Positions 37,331-49,603 of a stretch of 64,000 bases of DNA are shown here, in pieces (within the stretch, counting starts at the first letter, position 1; the number at the start of each line of letters is the position of its first letter). Origin of the DNA: Carcharhinus amblyrhynchos (taxonomy: Eukaryota); NCBI GenBank assembly GCA_965287045.1, contig OZ336889.1, positions 41,912,001 to 41,976,000 of the forward strand, written 5' to 3'. A model generated the notes under the pieces. That model was not told the origin of the DNA. It saw nothing but the letters and a program-made list of their open reading frames with translations, and did not search any database. Position numbers and translations under genes: made by a program.

Positions 37331-38339
37331 ATCAGTTACATTGAAGCAGTTTGACTTCAACGTTTGCCTTTGAGCAGAGAAGTTGAGTAAACTTAATTAG
37401 TGTTAAAATTGTACAGAGTTTTAATAGGGTGAATAAAGCAAAATTGTTTCCAGATGCAGGAGGATGGAGAACTAGTTTACAAATTTAAGACAACTGGCAA
37501 AGGAACCAGAGGGTACATAAAGAAATATTTAAATTTTTTAAACAGAGTTATCATGATCTGCCTGAAATGGCAGTGGAAGGTTATTCAATCGTATTGGAAG
37601 AGAATTAGATAAATAATTGAAGGGAAAAAACCTTACTAGGAAAAGAGCATGGGAATGGGTTTAATTGACAGCTCAAGCTCCAGGATCCAAATGTTCTCTT
37701 AGAGCTGTACCATGCTGAGAAGCGGAGAGAAAACAAGTAGATTAGCTTTAATCCAGGGTGCCAGAAAAGGTGCTGGAAGCTATACATGTGTGGACTGACA
37801 AATTCCATAGGTTCAAACAATTTGGCAGCAATAAAATACAGTAATATACAATGACAACATGCACTGTGCAACTACTAAATCTATTCTACTTACTAGCTCA
37901 AGTCCACCCAGCACAGGCTGGCAGAAACATCCAAGTGTGAGCGTGTATGTGCTGGGAGAAACAGCCTGTATACAGTGGATTGAAAACTGCGTGCCCACCT
38001 TAGCAACACTGTCAAATTTCAAAATGTTTTTAAGTGCGATGTCAGAAAAAGAATAACCCTCGTGATACAAGTGAGGCATAATTATTTAATGGTCTCTTTT
38101 ACACTAGCGTGCTTAATATGACAAGGATTTTTTTAAAAAGGGTGGGTTAATAGATGCTTTCAGCCTATAACCTTTTACAGAACCCATCTCCCTGATTTTG
38201 CTTGCAAAGATCAATCTAGCTAAACAGGAAAAGAAGCACCCCGGTTATCAAATGCGTTTATCTATCAGAATAAGATAAAGTCCAAAGCCAACTTCAATCA
38301 GGAGAAAAGCATTAAAATTTATTTAAATTCTGTTTTGTT

Positions 38340-38942
38340 TGTTTATTGTCCGGGCTCACTTCCCTTTATAGTCTTGCCAGGAGAGGTTCTCTGTGGCAAG
38401 GAAAACACCTGCTCCCCATGAACGGGGAACAGGTGTGGTGGCCTCACTGGTGGCTGCTGAAGTCTCCCCTGGGAGAGGCCAAGAGCAAGGTGGGGGTATG
38501 CCTTGGGCAGTGCCAGGCAGGCAGTGCTACCCTGGCACCTGGGCAATGCCCACCAGGCAGATTACCCGCTGTCACTCTGCATGTGATCAGTGGGACAGAA
38601 CGGCAGTTCTGTGATTGATCTGGGCGGCAAGGGCTGCATCTTGGGCTGGGGGGGTTCTTGAGGCTGCCTGCAGTGTCAGGGGCCTGACAGCTCTCTTTGT
38701 CATCAGACCCCCTGCTACTATTAATGCACATGTGCAGCATTAGAGATCTACACATGCGCAATACCTCCTTCTACAGGCTGTTGGGCATGTGAAGCCCCAC
38801 CCATTGCCTTCTGTAACAAGAAACAAACTCACCCAAAATGTTAAAGTCAGAGCGCATATGAAGACGTGCCCAAAAAAACAGATTTGGAACTCTCCCAGTT
38901 TCACGCCTAATACTTAGAAAAACTCTCGTAAAATTCTGCCCT
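38340..38942. mobile_element. GC-rich MITE-like remnant
   Basis: GGGCAGTGCCAGG motifs shared with 57442-58092; terminus CGTAAAATTCTGCCC resembles the TIR at 21748-21763. Confidence 0.5.
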
Positions 38943-40799
38943 TAGAATTGCAAATCACATTAATCATCAGTGCTGTTGACAGAAATACATAAGAGACAAT
39001 ATTACAAAAACACAGGATTAAGTTACATGTACAGTGAAGTGTTGATATAGTCGATAAACAAAAATTTGATGATGGTGGCTGGTCTGTATAAAAACTGCTT
39101 CCTTACAAGTAAAAAAAGATTAAAAATATATGGGAAAGCACAGCTAAAAAAATCTTTTTATATCAAATAAATATAAATGAGAGATAACAATAAGAAAGAG
39201 CAAACAGGCATAGCAAGAGACAAAGTTTAAAAAAAGAGAAAATAAAATGAGTGGTGTTGTATTGGGTTGGTGGGGGGTTGCTCTTTATGGTTTAGTTCAT
39301 GTGGCCAATATTCCCATTACCGGGATCCATCTTTGAAAGAGTGTTTGGCTTTGTAATTGTAATGATTGTATGACTCTTTCCATCTCAAATAGCTTTAGAT
39401 AACCAAGAATCATAGGTTACACATGTGGGTTTGTCAGTTGAAGATGATATCTTTAATGACAGTTATAAGTCAAATTTGTAAAAGATAGTTATGTTTTCTT
39501 CCTTCCATCCCCACAGGAATTGTATCTAATACAGCAGTTGCTGAAAGGTGAGGGGAGGGGGGTTGGTGCAACAATGTGGTCTGAAGTACTTGATGAACAG
39601 CTTCCATTCATTTTCTCACCAGATATTTGAGCAGATGACAAGATGGGCCTCAGAGCAGATTTCACTCCACTCTTCCACCAACATCTGTTGTATTTCAACC
39701 TCCCATTTTATTTTAATGTATAAGGAATTGCTAGGCACCATGGAGAGCAACGTCTGATACATCCAGGATTTTACTTTTCTGCCGGTGGCACCTCGCTGAA
39801 TGCTTGCAAAGTATGACTCTAGTGGAGGTGGACTTCTTAGTTTGTTTAGGTCTTCATGTTTTAAAATAAAATGTCTTACCTGCAGGTATCTTAAAAAGCC
39901 AGTATTGGAAAGCCGAATTCCCCCCTCATCTGTGCAAATAGAGTAGCTTGCTGAATAACTGGTGAAGCAAGGGGGGACTATATTCCGACCATTTCTTAAA
40001 GTTCTTATTATGACATTTTGATAGATCCAATAGTGGTCAGAGCCAAGAAATGATTGCTGAATTTCTTTCCAAATATTAAGTCAATCTCATCCAATTACTC
40101 ATTCTGCAGTCTCTTATCCTGTTACCTATAAAAGGCAGCGCTGTTAATGGAAGTTGGCATGCTGGCTTCTCCAGGTTCAGCCATCGCATTTCTACTCTGT
40201 TAGCCAAGCTGTCATAATTTTAGTCGAGCTGCCCAAAAATAGAATTTAAAAGTCAAGAATGATAAACCTGCTTCCAGCTTAGTCAGCTGTAATGTGTTAA
40301 ATCACACTTTGGGTCATTTTTCTTGCCATATAAAACAGGAGATCAGATAATCCAGCATATTTAATGTAGACATCTGGAACAGGTACAATAAGCTGGGGAG
40401 GACATTCATCCTGATAACTTCAATCCACCCTAATACAGAGAAGGGTAAGATCAGTCACCGATCCAGATCACACTTAAAGTGGTTAATGATAATAGTGTAT
40501 TTTGCTCCATATATTCTATCAATTGAAGGTGGAACAAGAACAGAGATATTTAATGCCCTGACTGGGCCATTTAAAAGCACTGTCTTAATATATTTGGGAA
40601 TCTGTCCACTTACTTCTGTTGCATCAGTTTTATCATAATTAACTTTGTAACCTGAATAATAATTAAACTTTTGAATCCTCTTTTTCAGATAAAACCTGGA
40701 TGTTGTAGGATCTGGTAAGTATAGCAACACCTCAGCGTATAATGACAATTTGTGCAGCTCTTCTCCAGCTATAACACTTTTTATGTCTATATTGTCTAA

Positions 40800-40888
40800 T
40801 CAGGTGATGAAGTTCTTACCTGATGAAGCAGCAGCACTACCAAATAAACCTGTTGGATTTTAACCTGCTGTTGTGAGACTTTTTACTG
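40800..40888 (+). mobile_element. Degenerate remnant of a Penelope fold-back element
   Basis: TCAGGTGA...TTACCTGATGAAG followed by TACCAAATAAACCTGTTGGATTTTAACCTGCTGTTGTGAGAC, nearly the same as 60777-60818. Confidence 0.75.
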
Positions 40889-41827
40889 TTCTAAAGTGCG
40901 AAAAAGTACACCCATGATGCTCGGTCAAACTTATTTTCAGGCCTCAATTCCACTACTTTGGGAATATATCATGATATCAAGGAGCCTGCGGAGATTGTCT
41001 CCAGAGCAACACCCCATTATAAATCCAGTTTGGTCTGACTTTAATCTCAGTTGTTATCCTATTTAATCTACTGGCCAGTCTTGATGTTAGAATTTTTATT
41101 AAATAATGATATGGGCTGATATGACCCAGACTCTGTTGGGTCCCTACCCTCCTCACGAACAACCATCGTGACTGCATCTCTCCACCAAAGACCTAGTGGT
41201 CCAGTTCCTAGTGAGTAATGACAGGCCTGAAATAAAGTACATCTTTAAAAGTCATAAAAAATTTGTTTATGCAACCAGTGTCATGTTTTTACTATTTTTG
41301 GGAGCATCTATTGCTTCATCAATTTCCAAATTGGCAACAGACTTGTCCAATTCCTTAGTGTTATTTTCTGACAACTTTGTCATGTTGATGCTTTGCAGAA
41401 AGTCATTACTTTTTCTCCTATCCCAACAACCACCAGAATCCTTGTACAATTTCCTGTGGAAGTCTGGGGTGTTTTTGACTCAAGTTTTGCAGCAATATTG
41501 GATGATTGCTGTTTTCTTAATTGAAATGCCAACAAGCGGCTCACTGCATTCGTTTCTCTCTGGTTTTGCAAATCTTCCTTTGACTTGTTCTGAAAGCAAA
41601 CTATCTAGGTCTCTGCCAGCCTTTGTGAGGGAGGCCATCAAAGCAGATGAATGCTGCTTTTTGTGTTACTGTTCCAAATTACTTATTTCCTGTTCCAATT
41701 CAATCCGTTTTAATTCATTTTTCTTCCTTTTGGCACAAGCAAATGAGATGACGCAATGTCTTAAATATGCCTTCACAAGAGTGCCATAAAATCAGGGGTA
41801 AGGTATCTGATGCTGCATTGAGTTCTC

Positions 41828-42157
41828 AGAAATCCTACAGTGCAAAAGGAGGTCACTTTGCTCATCAAGTCTGCACTAACATCCCACCCAGGTTCTATTC
41901 CCATAACCCCACATACTTACCCCACAAATCCTTCTAACCTTCACAACCCCAGACACCAACGGGCAATTTAGCATGCCAGTTAACCTAATCTGCACATCTT
42001 TGGACTGTGGGAGGAAACCGGAGCACCCGCGGAAAACCCACACCAACATGGGGAGAATGTGCAAACTCCACACAGACAGTGACTCAAGCAGGAAATCAAA
42101 CTCGGGCTCCTGGAGCTGTGAGGCAGCAGTGCTAACCACTGTGCCACCATGTTGCCC
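41828..42157 (-). mobile_element. HE1-like V-SINE (CR1-type tail)
   Basis: Full head, core and tail, antisense to 22109-22388. Confidence 0.9.
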
Positions 42158-42530
42158 AAGCGATGCATTCAAATGGCACCCCTTTGAGGTAGATTTTTGT
42201 CACAGATTCCATGTCACAACCATCGGACCATGATCTCAGAGAGCTATTGGCAAGATGTCTGTGGAATTATTCCATCAGCCTCTGACTTATTTGTAAAGAA
42301 ATAACCAACGTGGGAGTAACAGAGTAAAATGTAAAGTCTCTGCTACTCCGCAACAGGCGCTGCCATGTGTTACTAGCCCAGCTTCTATTACATGATTCCT
42401 CATTGATTTGCTCATCTTGGAGCAGTGGTTTGATGATGTTGAGAGCCTACCTGCCATTTGGGACATAATTAAAACTCCCTCCCAATAAGTGCAATCTTGT
42501 ACTTTTATCAAATATAAGATTGAAGATCTG

Positions 42531-42815
42531 GTGGCATGGTGGCACAGTGGTTAGCACTGCTGCCTCACAGTGGCAGGGATCCGAATTCAATTCCGGCCTA
42601 AGGTTACTGACTGTATGGGTTTCTCTCAGGAGGTCTGATTTCCTCCCACACGCCAAAGATGTATGGGTTAGATGGATTGGCCATGTTAAATTGCCCTTTG
42701 GTGTCAGGGGAATTGGGACTGTAAATGTGGGGGGGTTACAGGGATGGGACCTGGGTGGGATTGTTTTCGGTGCAGGCTGGATGGGCCAAATAGTCTGCAC
42801 TGTATATTGTATGAT
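42531..42815 (+). mobile_element. HE1-like V-SINE
   Basis: GGCATGGTGGCACAGTGGTTAGCACTGCTGCCTCACAG head; tail TCTGCACTGTA...ATGATT. Confidence 0.85.
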
Positions 42816-43689
42816 TTTATCTTTTTAATAAATTGTGCGTAATCCTCATTGGGGTTTATCCATTTATCAGTGACATTTCTGCCCCATTAAGCAATACGAA
42901 CATGTCTTTGGTGTCTTTGTGTTGCGAGTGGATACAGAATTACACCAATCTGTGGAATAAGATTGCAACATCTCCTTTTCTCCCTGATGCACAAGGAGAA
43001 AAGTTTGGTTTGTCCAAGATCTGCCCAGCTTATTATGTTCAATATCGGCCAAATGTGATTCATGTAAAAATGAAATTTTGCAACACAGATATTTCAACCG
43101 CGAATTTTTTTTTCCCTTAATAGGGTTATGTTCACATTATAGCTAATTACCTTTAATGCATCCATAATAATCGGTATTCAATTGATATTTCAGGTGTACC
43201 CAGCTTGATAAATAACTTAATATGAGAGAAGAGAACATGGGGGATGGGGGCGATATCCACAGTGGCTTTAACATTATTCCCTTGAGAATACTGTGAGATA
43301 GAAACTACGCACACCAAAGTTTTAACTGCAAATCTGACCCATTTCCAAGTGGGGCTAGGACAAAAATAGTTCAAATCAACAAAAGCAAGGCTTAGTGTCT
43401 CAGTATCCAACTTGTTAAATACATAATCGTGTATAATAACAACAAGGAATCTCCGGAGCAGACCTTCTGCTACTCAAGCCTTCAGCTGCATTGGTGATAG
43501 GACAGCTGAACGAACTTTCCTGTCTAAACAAGCACAGCCATTTGGACTTGGCTCCCCCTGTCTAACTGTTCCTGTACCCAACTGTTATAAGAACTGGCTA
43601 AAAAAACTTTCCAAACAATTCTGAATAAACAAAATTAAGTGTATATAAAAAAGCAAAAAGTACTCAGCCACATGTAAAGTAACACTGAG

Positions 43690-43853
43690 GACACCATGAC
43701 ACAATGGTTAGCACTGCTGCCTCACAGCACCAGGGACCTGGGTTCGATTCCAGCCTCGAGTGATTGTCTGTGTGAAGTTTGCACATTCTTCCAGTTCTAT
43801 GTGTGTTTCCTCCACAGTCCAAAGATGTGTAGGTTAGGTGGATTGGCCATGGT
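43690..43853 (+). mobile_element. HE1-like V-SINE, 3'-truncated
   Basis: Head ATGGTTAGCACTGCTGCCTCACAGCACCAGGGACCTGGGTTCGATTCC and V-core. Confidence 0.85.
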
Positions 43854-46090
43854 GAATATCCCCAAAAGAACAGTATCACATCAACTGGCTAACATTACAC
43901 CAGATTACCTGAGCTGCACCCATCATGTTGGCTGCAATTGAATTTTAGTTAGCCAACCCAGTCCATGGATAACATACAAGTTAAGGAGTCAGCAATTTAA
44001 ACTTTAATTTTGTTCCTACTCATGTCTGAGACGCATCTAACCACTGTTTTAACACTGCCTACCCTCATCATGCCCGAAGCAGACTGTCTGCGTCTCAAAC
44101 CACTGCATGGCTTTATCGTTGATTTCTACCAGCGGTATGCCATCGGGTGATGTGCATGTTTCTCTCTCTCTAACCACTCATCCTCAGGGGCTTGCAGTGA
44201 TGCCCAGATGTTTCAATCCCTCTGCAGCCTCTCATGCTAATGAAAAGTTTTGCTTCCATCTTCAAGATGGACTCTCAGCATCAATGGGTAAGGTAAGAAC
44301 ATAAAAACATAAGAACATAAGGTGTTTGGATTCTTGTGTTCTTCTCCCCAGGCTGCTTAATATCCACACAGTTTTCACTGCAGAGTATTGCTGATCTAGT
44401 GTGATTGACCTTCCTTTGAATTGGAAGTTTTTCTCGCCCCAAGTCTTGATGAGAATGTACTGTTTCATCCGGAAGCGGAGAAATTCCACCACAAGTGACC
44501 TCAGGGGTGCATTAGTATCTGACGGCTTTGTTGCAGTTGTGAGCCTGCTCTAGAGGAAAATCGACCAGGAGCTTAAAATGTCCTTGAGAAAGCTTTCTAC
44601 CCACTGGATAACGTCTCCACCTTCTGAGTTTTCTGGCACCCCATAAATTCAGATATTCCATCTCATGAAATTTGAAGCGCTCACATCTATCTTCTAACAA
44701 AACAGTAGCTGTCATTGCATTTCTTACTATTGTCAATCGTATCAATTCTGTTCTCAGACTCCATTACCCACTTTCCCAAACTGCTGACAGTTTGCTACCA
44801 TTCTGAGGTTGAAATATTCATTTTCCCAAGGGCTTCATTAACTTCTTTTCTCAATTTTTTCAGTTCAGGTGAGGCTGTTGCTCAGCTCAGACTTTTCCAT
44901 ATCTGAATGCGATGCTCAGCAGCCCTCTTCCTGCCATGCAGAAGGGGGCAGTGGTTTCTCACTCCCTGGAGCATTTTCAATTCACCTCTCTTCCATCTTG
45001 TACTTTGATTCAGTCTGTGTCCCTATCTATACATAGAAAGTACTTTGGCATGATTTAATTAGTAGACAGAAATGGATTTATGTTAGGGACAAACCGAGCA
45101 ACACTCAGCAGGCAGCCATTAGGTTCACCCACAAACATCTATGTTCCTCTGCCTATTATTGTTCAACACTATATTGCAAATATGTTAAATGTGTACATGT
45201 TAATGGCATAACAATACCAGGTTCTCAAATCATCATATCCATTGCTATGTTCGTAACTAATTGACCAAAAGTTATGCCAGGTCTAGGTGCTGCATGGCGA
45301 ACACATTATGGGAAGAAGTAATGAGCCACCCTGAAATATGTTTGATTACCAGATCCCCTCATGCATGCATATAGTTTCAACATATTTCCATAGATGTCCT
45401 GCAATATAGCTATAATCAGATTTCAACACTGCACACTTTGCCAGGCTCATACATCAGATGTTGCCATCTTGACTCAGTCGGCAACACTCACCTCAGGTTC
45501 AAGCTGCACAAGTATGGTTAATATTGAGGGTGCACTATACCATACAAAAGTGAATTATTATGCTTGCTTATTATTGGGAATAGGCAGCAAGACAGTAGCC
45601 ATTTCTATTTCTTTGCTTCTTTCATTCATTCTGACCATTCATTCCCTCTAAATTTGTAGCATTGTTCTCTCAGGTCCAACTTTGACTTGGTCATTAAATC
45701 TGCTGACAAAGATAGCGCTGCTGCTGCTTGGCAAACAGATCTCTAAACTGACAGGGGTTGAATGATAATTCTGACACGTTCTCCAAAATCCACCTTGACC
45801 ACCAGCCCAACAATGAGCATCCAACATCTGCTTCACTGACTGTCACTGGCCCCGTCTCCTTTGGAAATCTTTTCTCTCGTAACCTATAACATCACAGTCC
45901 CCAATCCTGAACAGGCCTTTTCTACCTCCATCCAAAAATCCACAAATAGAACTGTTCAGTCGACCGATTGCACAGTATTTAATGAAGATGACAGGAAGTC
46001 TAGCCCACCAGCTATGGAACGGATGAGAGCTCCGTCAAACTATTTTAAGAAAGATTTTCAACATTAAGCACTAATCAGGCCCTTAATTGG

Positions 46091-47383
46091 TTTCATTAAA
46101 GGGAAGTCGTGTCTGACAAATTTACTGGAGTTCTATGAGGATGTGTCTAGGGCGGTGGATAGAGGAGAGCCGGTGGATGTGGTCTTTCTGGATTTTCAGA
46201 AGGCGTTTGATAAGGTACCTCACAAGAGGTTACTGCAGAAGGTCAGAGGACATGGAGTTGGGGGTAGGGTGTTAGCGTGGATAGAGGATTGGTTGTCAAA
46301 TAGGAGGCAGAGAGTGGGGGTCAATGGGTGCTATTCGGATTGGCGGTTGGTGACTAGTGGAGTGCCCCAGGGGTCGGTGCTGGGGCCTCAGCTATTTACC
46401 ATTTATATAGATGATCTGGAGGAGGGAACCGAGTGTAGGGTGTCGAAATTTGCTGATGACACCAAGATTGGGGGAAAGGCAAATTGTGCGGAGGGTGTGG
46501 AGAGTCTGCAGAAGGATCTAGATAGGCTGGGCGAATGGGCCAGGAAATGGCAAATGGAATTTAATGTTGGCAAGTGTGAGGTGGTCCACTTTGGTAGGAA
46601 GAATGGTAGGAAGGACTATTACTTACGTGGCGAAAAACTGCAGCAGGCGACGGTGCAGAGGGACCTCGGGGTCCTTGTGCATGAGTCGCAAAAACCCAGC
46701 CTGCAGGTGCAGCAGGTGGTCAGGAAGGCGAATGGGATGCTGGCCTTCATAGCGAGGGGGATTGAATATAAAAGTAGGGAGGTCTTGCTGCAGCTGTATA
46801 GGGCATTGGTGAGGCCGCAGCTGGAGTACTGTGTGCAGTTTTGGGCGCCGCACCTGCGCAAGGATATTTTGGCCTTGGAGGGAGTGCAGAGGAGGTTTAC
46901 TAGGCTGATACCGGAGTTGAGGGGGTTGAGCTATGAGGAGAGGCTGAATAAACTAGGCTTGTACTCGTTAGAGTTTAGAAGAATGAGGGGAGATCTCATT
47001 GAGACGTATAAGATGATGAATGGGATGGATAGGATAGAGGTGGAAAGACTCTTCCCGCTCAAAAAAGACAGTAGGACTAGGGGGCACAGCCTCAAGATAA
47101 AGGGGGGGCAGTTCAGAACGGAGTTGAGGAGGAACTTCTTCACTCAAAGGGTGGTGAATCTCTGGAATTCTCTGCCCGTTGAAGTGGTGGAGGCTGCCTC
47201 GCTAAATATTTTTAAGAAGCGGGTTGATGGGTTTTTGATAAGAGAGGGGATTAAGGGTTATGGGGAGAGGGCGGGAAAGTGGAACTGAGCCACGACAGAT
47301 CAGCCATGATCTTATTGAATGGCGGGGCAGGCTCGAAGGGCCAGATGGCCTACTCCTGCTCCTATTTCTTATGTTCTTATGTT
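46091..47383 (+). mobile_element. Young 5'-truncated CR1 LINE with uninterrupted RT frame
   Basis: Frame open from GFIKGKSCLTNLLEF through FLDFQKAFDKVPH, GVPQGSVLGP and KFADDTK to the stop at 47288; 3' UTR with (TTCTTATG)n tail; TSD CTTAATTGG (46082-46090 and 47384-47392). Confidence 0.96.
46143..47288 (+). CDS. CR1 ORF2 reverse transcriptase C-terminal part (5'-truncated; transposon-encoded, probably not translated)
   Basis: 381-aa ORF with non-LTR RT motifs; lacks endonuclease and promoter. Confidence 0.85.
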   Translation: MSRAVDRGEPVDVVFLDFQKAFDKVPHKRLLQKVRGHGVGGRVLAWIEDWLSNRRQRVGVNGCYSDWRLVTSGVPQGSVLGPQLFTIYIDDLEEGTECRVSKFADDTKIGGKANCAEGVESLQKDLDRLGEWARKWQMEFNVGKCEVVHFGRKNGRKDYYLRGEKLQQATVQRDLGVLVHESQKPSLQVQQVVRKANGMLAFIARGIEYKSREVLLQLYRALVRPQLEYCVQFWAPHLRKDILALEGVQRRFTRLIPELRGLSYEERLNKLGLYSLEFRRMRGDLIETYKMMNGMDRIEVERLFPLKKDSRTRGHSLKIKGGQFRTELRRNFFTQRVVNLWNSLPVEVVEAASLNIFKKRVDGFLIREGIKGYGERAGKWN

Positions 47384-47499
47384 CTTAATTGGGCATGGCA
47401 GGTCTTTCCCTGGAATCAAAGATCCCGGGACAGAAATCCCAAGTCTGAGCGCTGTTGGCTAGAGGCCATGAAGTCGTACATTGCTCATCAAAGCCACTT

Positions 47500-48830
47500 G
47501 ACTGCACTCATTTGATCAGGCATCGAATGCCTTTGAATGAGGTGTAACCAAGGCCCAATATGGGCTTAGCAATAACCTCATTACTTTTCAATTCTGTTCT
47601 TCCAGAAATAAAATCTAGTGTTTGTTTTTTTATAAATGGCCTTCCAAACCTCAGTGCAACTTTTGGTGATTGATTAATTTGATCCCTTTGCATCGCAATC
47701 TCATCTAGATTTGCATCTTCCAAGTGATATGTGCCCTTCCTATTAAAATGTACTAACTAGAATCAGTAGTTTTGAAGTTTAATCACCAGTTGTTTTCTCA
47801 TTCTGCGAGCTTTGAAAGTGTCTGTCAATTTTTCAGACCATCATATTCCCCCTCTCGCCCACCCCATTTTGGTGTCATGAGCAAATTTAGAAATATTGTT
47901 TTTGATTCCAAACTCCAAATCAGTAATATAATTGTGAACAGTACTGATCTTTCTTGAACAGCACTTTACACCTTCTGAGTAACTACCTTCCTTTACTCCC
48001 ACTCTCTGCTTTCTGTCTTGAAGCCAGCTGGCAATCCATTTTGCCACTTGTCCCCAGACTCCATATTACCGGACTTTATTCATCAGTCTATTATGAGGCC
48101 CCTTATCAATGCCCTCTTGAAAATCCAGAAAGAACACATCTATTGTATTAGCATTGTCTACTCCCTCTGTTACCTCTGCAAACAATTCAACAAGATTGGC
48201 AAAGTAAGCTTTATCCTTTTCAAATCCATGCTGATTATTCTGTGTTATATTTCTCATTTGAGGTTTTTCTGTTCTCTCCTTTTGTAAGGACTCCATTATC
48301 TTGTTTCTCAACGTCAAACTTGCTGTGTAATTCCCTGTACATATCTGTCTGTCTTCCATAAAGATATATATTAACTATCCACTAGTCCTCTGGTATGACT
48401 CCTTGTTTTATCAAATTATTAAATCTGCTGCCTCTTCCCTGCATTCTTTATAAAAGTGAGTGAATGAAATCCATCCAGACCAAAAGTTTTTTCTTCTTTT
48501 CAGTTTATTCAATACATGCCTTTTAAAAAAAATATATGCTTAGCTCATAACTTGTCCCATCATATCATTTAAAGGCATGTTACTTGATCTATCTCCATGG
48601 TAAAATACCAAAGCAAAGTAATTATCTACCATTTCTGGCATCTCCCTATCATTATCACTGTAATCTGGTCTATTCTTTAATAGTCCCATTCCCATCACAG
48701 CCTTCCTTTTTTAAAAAATTATGCACCTGTAAGACATTTTACTATTTTGTTTTAATAATGATAATTTAATTTCATATTTATTGACTTCTCTCATAATCCC
48801 TTTGTATATTCTCTCATTTTTTTTTCCTCA
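47500..48830 (-). mobile_element. Old CR1 LINE relic
   Basis: NQHGFEKDKAYFANLVELF..VDNANTIDVFFLDFQ; WIASWLQDRKQRVGV; ISKFAHDTKMG. Confidence 0.8.
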
Positions 48831-49419
48831 CTTGTCTACTGTCCACACATTTAATCCATGAGTCTTTCCTAACCAAACGTTTGTCTCTAGAGTGGAATTT
48901 GAACTCAACTTTAGAAAGAGACCAAAATTCCACAGACTCCAGTTGAGCAAGGATTGAGTCTGTCCCCTTAGGTCACATGACCATCCTGACAAAAGCGTAA
49001 AGAATTACAAAAGCAAAGGAGTTTATATATACACTGGGGCAACCTACAGATTAACTAACAGCAAATTTCAAAAGGCAGGAAAGTGGACAGCAGGAGCAGT
49101 CTTTGTTCAAGTGGTAACTGTGGTCACACTTGGAAATTTTGATCCCAGCTTAGCAAAGAAGCAATAATTCTCTACAAATTAACTGCTGCTTGGACATCTT
49201 GGAAGTTTAATGAAGCAACATCCTTTCCTGGAAAAATCTTTATATAAAAAAAAATCAATATTTAAAAAGATAACAGATAATGACCCTGAAGCACATATTG
49301 CACAGGCGTTTCAAAACACAATTGTCAGACTTTCTTGTTACACTGAAATACATTGCACCTTTGCAGAACTACTAGCATTACACTGAGGGTGAAAGTGTTA
49401 ACTGAGTGATCGTACTTAC

Positions 49420-49603
49420 TCGGAGCAGGAGAGTGCAGCCAGTGTCTTGGTAAAGGACAATCCCACAAATGGCAAGTCCTCTCCTGTAAAACCTGACTTG
49501 TTCAGCTGCCGTGTCTTGATCGTCGGGCGCGAGATTTTCTCCGGCTCATCGAAATTGGACACATCATCGTCACTTTCCAGTGTGGGTACAAAAGGAGGTG
49601 GAA
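49420..49603 (-). CDS. CIT: CIT exon, AGC C-terminal tail ([22 protein letters not shown]...[10 protein letters not shown]), 184 nt
   Basis: Acceptor tgcag|TT, donor GA|gtaagt; phase 1-2; PPFVP and NFD motifs plus a hydrophobic-motif region. Confidence 0.96.

Larger units (their letters stand above)
39000..45000 (-). mobile_element. Decayed near-full-length L1-clade LINE interrupted by SINEs and a Penelope remnant
   Basis: Colinear remnants: ORF1 (VEFLRFRMKQYIL...FKGRSI, ~44262-44745), APE endonuclease (LLGGSFN ~42470; YSHVGYFF ~42300), linker (SRLLAFQLRKQ ~41500), RT (IKILTSRLASRLN ~41080; SLYAEVLLYL..SGYKVNYDKT ~40630-40748). Boundaries approximate. Confidence 0.8.

Noticed and set aside
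46143-47288. Longest ORF (381 aa RT) as a domesticated host gene or novel RT system
   Set aside because: It has a CR1 3' UTR, microsatellite tail and TSD, is truncated at the start of the RT domain, and begins at a GTG with no promoter: an ordinary young LINE insertion.
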